From Bacilli bacterium (GTDB lineage Bacteria; Bacillota_I; Bacilli_A; JBKEDG01), in contig JBKEDG010000061.1 in NCBI GenBank assembly GCA_047975285.1, positions 8,808 through 72,807 of the forward strand: DNA of 64,000 nt, written 5' to 3'. Within the stretch, counting starts at the first letter, position 1. The number at the start of each line of letters is the position of its first letter. Below, piece after piece: positions 62,357-64,000 of the stretch. The position numbers and the translations under genes are program-made. The notes beneath the pieces were generated by a model that saw only the letters and a program-made list of their open reading frames with translations, had not been told where the DNA came from and did no database searches.

Positions 62357-63361
62357 ATGGCAATTAAAGTAGCAATTAACGGTTTTGGAAGAATAGGTAG
62401 ACTTGCATATAGAGTTATGCATGAAAGTAACGAGTTTGAAGTTGTTGCAATTAATGATTTAACTGATGCATCAACACTTGCACATCTGCTATCTTACGAT
62501 AGTGCTCAGGGACGATTTATTCCCGAAAAAATCTCGTCTGATAATGACAAAATTATTGTTGACGGTAAAAGTATTCAAATTTATGCAAAAAAAGATCCTG
62601 AAGATTTACCATGGAAAGACCTTAATATTGATTTAGTTCTTGAATGTACTGGTTTCTTCACTAGTGAAGAAAAAGCATCAAAACATTTAAAAGCCGGAGC
62701 TAAAAAAGTTTTAATTTCAGCACCAGCAACAGGTAACATTAAGAATATTGTTTACAGCGTAAACGAAAATTCGTTAACATCGAGTGATAACATTGTCTCT
62801 GGAGCTAGTTGTACAACAAACTGTCTAGCACCTATGGCTAATGTATTACACAATGAATATGGAATTGAAAGTGGATTTATGACAACTATTCATGCATACA
62901 CAAATGATCAAAATACTTTAGATGCACCACACTCAAAAGATTTAAGAAGAGCACGTGCTGCAGCTGCAAACATTGTACCAAATACTACTGGTGCTGCAAA
63001 AGCAATTGGGCTTGTTATACCTGAGTTAAAAGGAGTCCTTGATGGCGCTGCACAACGTGTACCTGTGATTACTGGTTCTTTGACTGAACTTGTTTCTGTT
63101 GTTAACAAAGACACTTCTGCAAAAGAAGTAAATGAAGCAATGAAATCTGCTGCAAATGAGTCATATGGTTACACAGAGGTACCATTAGTATCAAGCGATA
63201 TTATAGGAATAAGATTTGGATCATTATTTGATGCAACACAAACAAAAGTTACTAATCTTGGTAACGGAAAATCCCTTGTAAAAACTGTTTCATGGTATGA
63301 TAATGAAATGAGTTATACAGCTCAATTAATTAGAACAGCCAAGCACATAATAAAATTATAG
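62357..63361 (+). CDS. gap: Glyceraldehyde-3-phosphate dehydrogenase (type I)
   Basis: [24 protein letters not shown]. Confidence 0.98.
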   Translation: MAIKVAINGFGRIGRLAYRVMHESNEFEVVAINDLTDASTLAHLLSYDSAQGRFIPEKISSDNDKIIVDGKSIQIYAKKDPEDLPWKDLNIDLVLECTGFFTSEEKASKHLKAGAKKVLISAPATGNIKNIVYSVNENSLTSSDNIVSGASCTTNCLAPMANVLHNEYGIESGFMTTIHAYTNDQNTLDAPHSKDLRRARAAAANIVPNTTGAAKAIGLVIPELKGVLDGAAQRVPVITGSLTELVSVVNKDTSAKEVNEAMKSAANESYGYTEVPLVSSDIIGIRFGSLFDATQTKVTNLGNGKSLVKTVSWYDNEMSYTAQLIRTAKHIIKL

Positions 63362-63373
63362 TAGATTAATATT

Positions 63374-63407
63374 AAACATCTCAAGAATAATATCTTGAGA
63401 TGTTTTT
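63374..63407. terminator. Intrinsic terminator after gap
   Basis: 13-bp stem AAACATCTCAAGA/TCTTGAGATGTTT plus T-run. Confidence 0.85.
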
Positions 63408-63418
63408 ATTTATATTGA

Positions 63419-63754
63419 TTATAATTTTCTTATCAGTTCTATTCGAGCATGATTTCCATCAATTTCAACATTTAAATCATCAATACACATACCGATTAAG
63501 TTTAACTCTCCACTGCAATCATTTTCACCAAGAAGCTCCCATCCATACTCTTCCATCGATTCATCTCTTTCTTGGCTTAGCGTTTCCTCTAACATATCAA
63601 TAAGCTTACTACAGATAAAATCAAAGTTAAATATTAAATGCACTTCCTCTTCTGATTTTTTTATACTAATATCAATATTATTGCAATTTTTCTTTAGTAA
63701 GTATGTAGTCAACTCATCAATAATCTTTCCAATTTTTTTATCAAAGTGATTCAT
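63419..63754 (-). CDS. Conserved hypothetical protein
   Basis: 111 aa, GAGG RBS, EEYGWELLGE..ELNLIGM motif that I recall from small genes downstream of DUF1576 genes. Confidence 0.7.
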   Translation of the reverse strand: MNHFDKKIGKIIDELTTYLLKKNCNNIDISIKKSEEEVHLIFNFDFICSKLIDMLEETLSQERDESMEEYGWELLGENDCSGELNLIGMCIDDLNVEIDGNHARIELIRKL

Positions 63755-63757
63755 TAT

Positions 63758-64000
63758 TTACCCTCTTTTTCTAAAATATTTTTTTAAATTAATTGTATCT
63801 AATATGCTACCCATAATAGCAGCAACAAACCCTGATGCAAAACCATTATTATATAAATTCATTCCTCCTTGCCAATCAGAACTACTAGTAACAATACTAT
63901 AATGTAACCCTCCAGCAACCATACCAGCAACAAATCCAAAATCACCTGCTATTGGTGCAAGTGTTGTAGAAAACAACGCTGCCACAAGTATATCATTATT
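63758..64000 (-). CDS. DUF1576-like membrane protein (5' end outside window)
   Basis: ALFSTTLAPIAG...GGMNLYNNGFASG C-terminal motif; frame open to window edge. Confidence 0.7.
   Translation of the reverse strand, partial: NNDILVAALFSTTLAPIAGDFGFVAGMVAGGLHYSIVTSSSDWQGGMNLYNNGFASGFVAAIMGSILDTINLKKYFRKRG

Noticed and set aside
1498-63603. Remaining short ORFs antisense to or nested in known genes (e.g. 15230-15628, 21696-22139, 23185-23544, 49530-49730, 56133-56435, 63400-63603)
   Set aside because: They overlap well-supported genes and show typical antisense-frame composition; no independent evidence of coding.
1-64000. CRISPR arrays, tRNA/rRNA genes, IS elements, prophage or defence genes
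   Set aside because: No regularly spaced repeats, structural-RNA signatures, transposase/integrase or phage-like ORFs seen; intergenic gaps are short.

Overview
AT-rich chromosomal segment (standard code, TGA = stop) from a low-GC Bacillota, probably an anaerobic or fermentative member of class Bacilli. It is densely coding, mostly on the minus strand. Housekeeping content: pfkA (partial), dnaE, pnp, tkt, lexA with two SOS boxes, mscL, pgpA-cdaA-cdaR-glmM-glmS, a complete FAS-II/ACC cluster using FabV, a D-Asp/D-Asn peptidoglycan cross-bridge cluster, VOR and PFOR ferredoxin oxidoreductases, mutL-miaA, rnj-ftsK, a hutH-less histidine-utilisation operon, tdh, gltX and gap. I saw no rRNA, tRNA, CRISPR array or mobile element. 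The most striking feature is at 17.7-22.6 kb: two tandem, full-length, translationally coupled paralogs of the MIO-less ergothionase-type ammonia-lyase family. They have lost complementary sets of active-site motifs, which suggests an obligate alpha2beta2 heterotetramer. They face a divergent BCCT (betaine-type) transporter and may feed urocanate from a trimethylated histidine into the hutH-less Hut pathway. All assignments come from motif recognition by eye; no searches were run.
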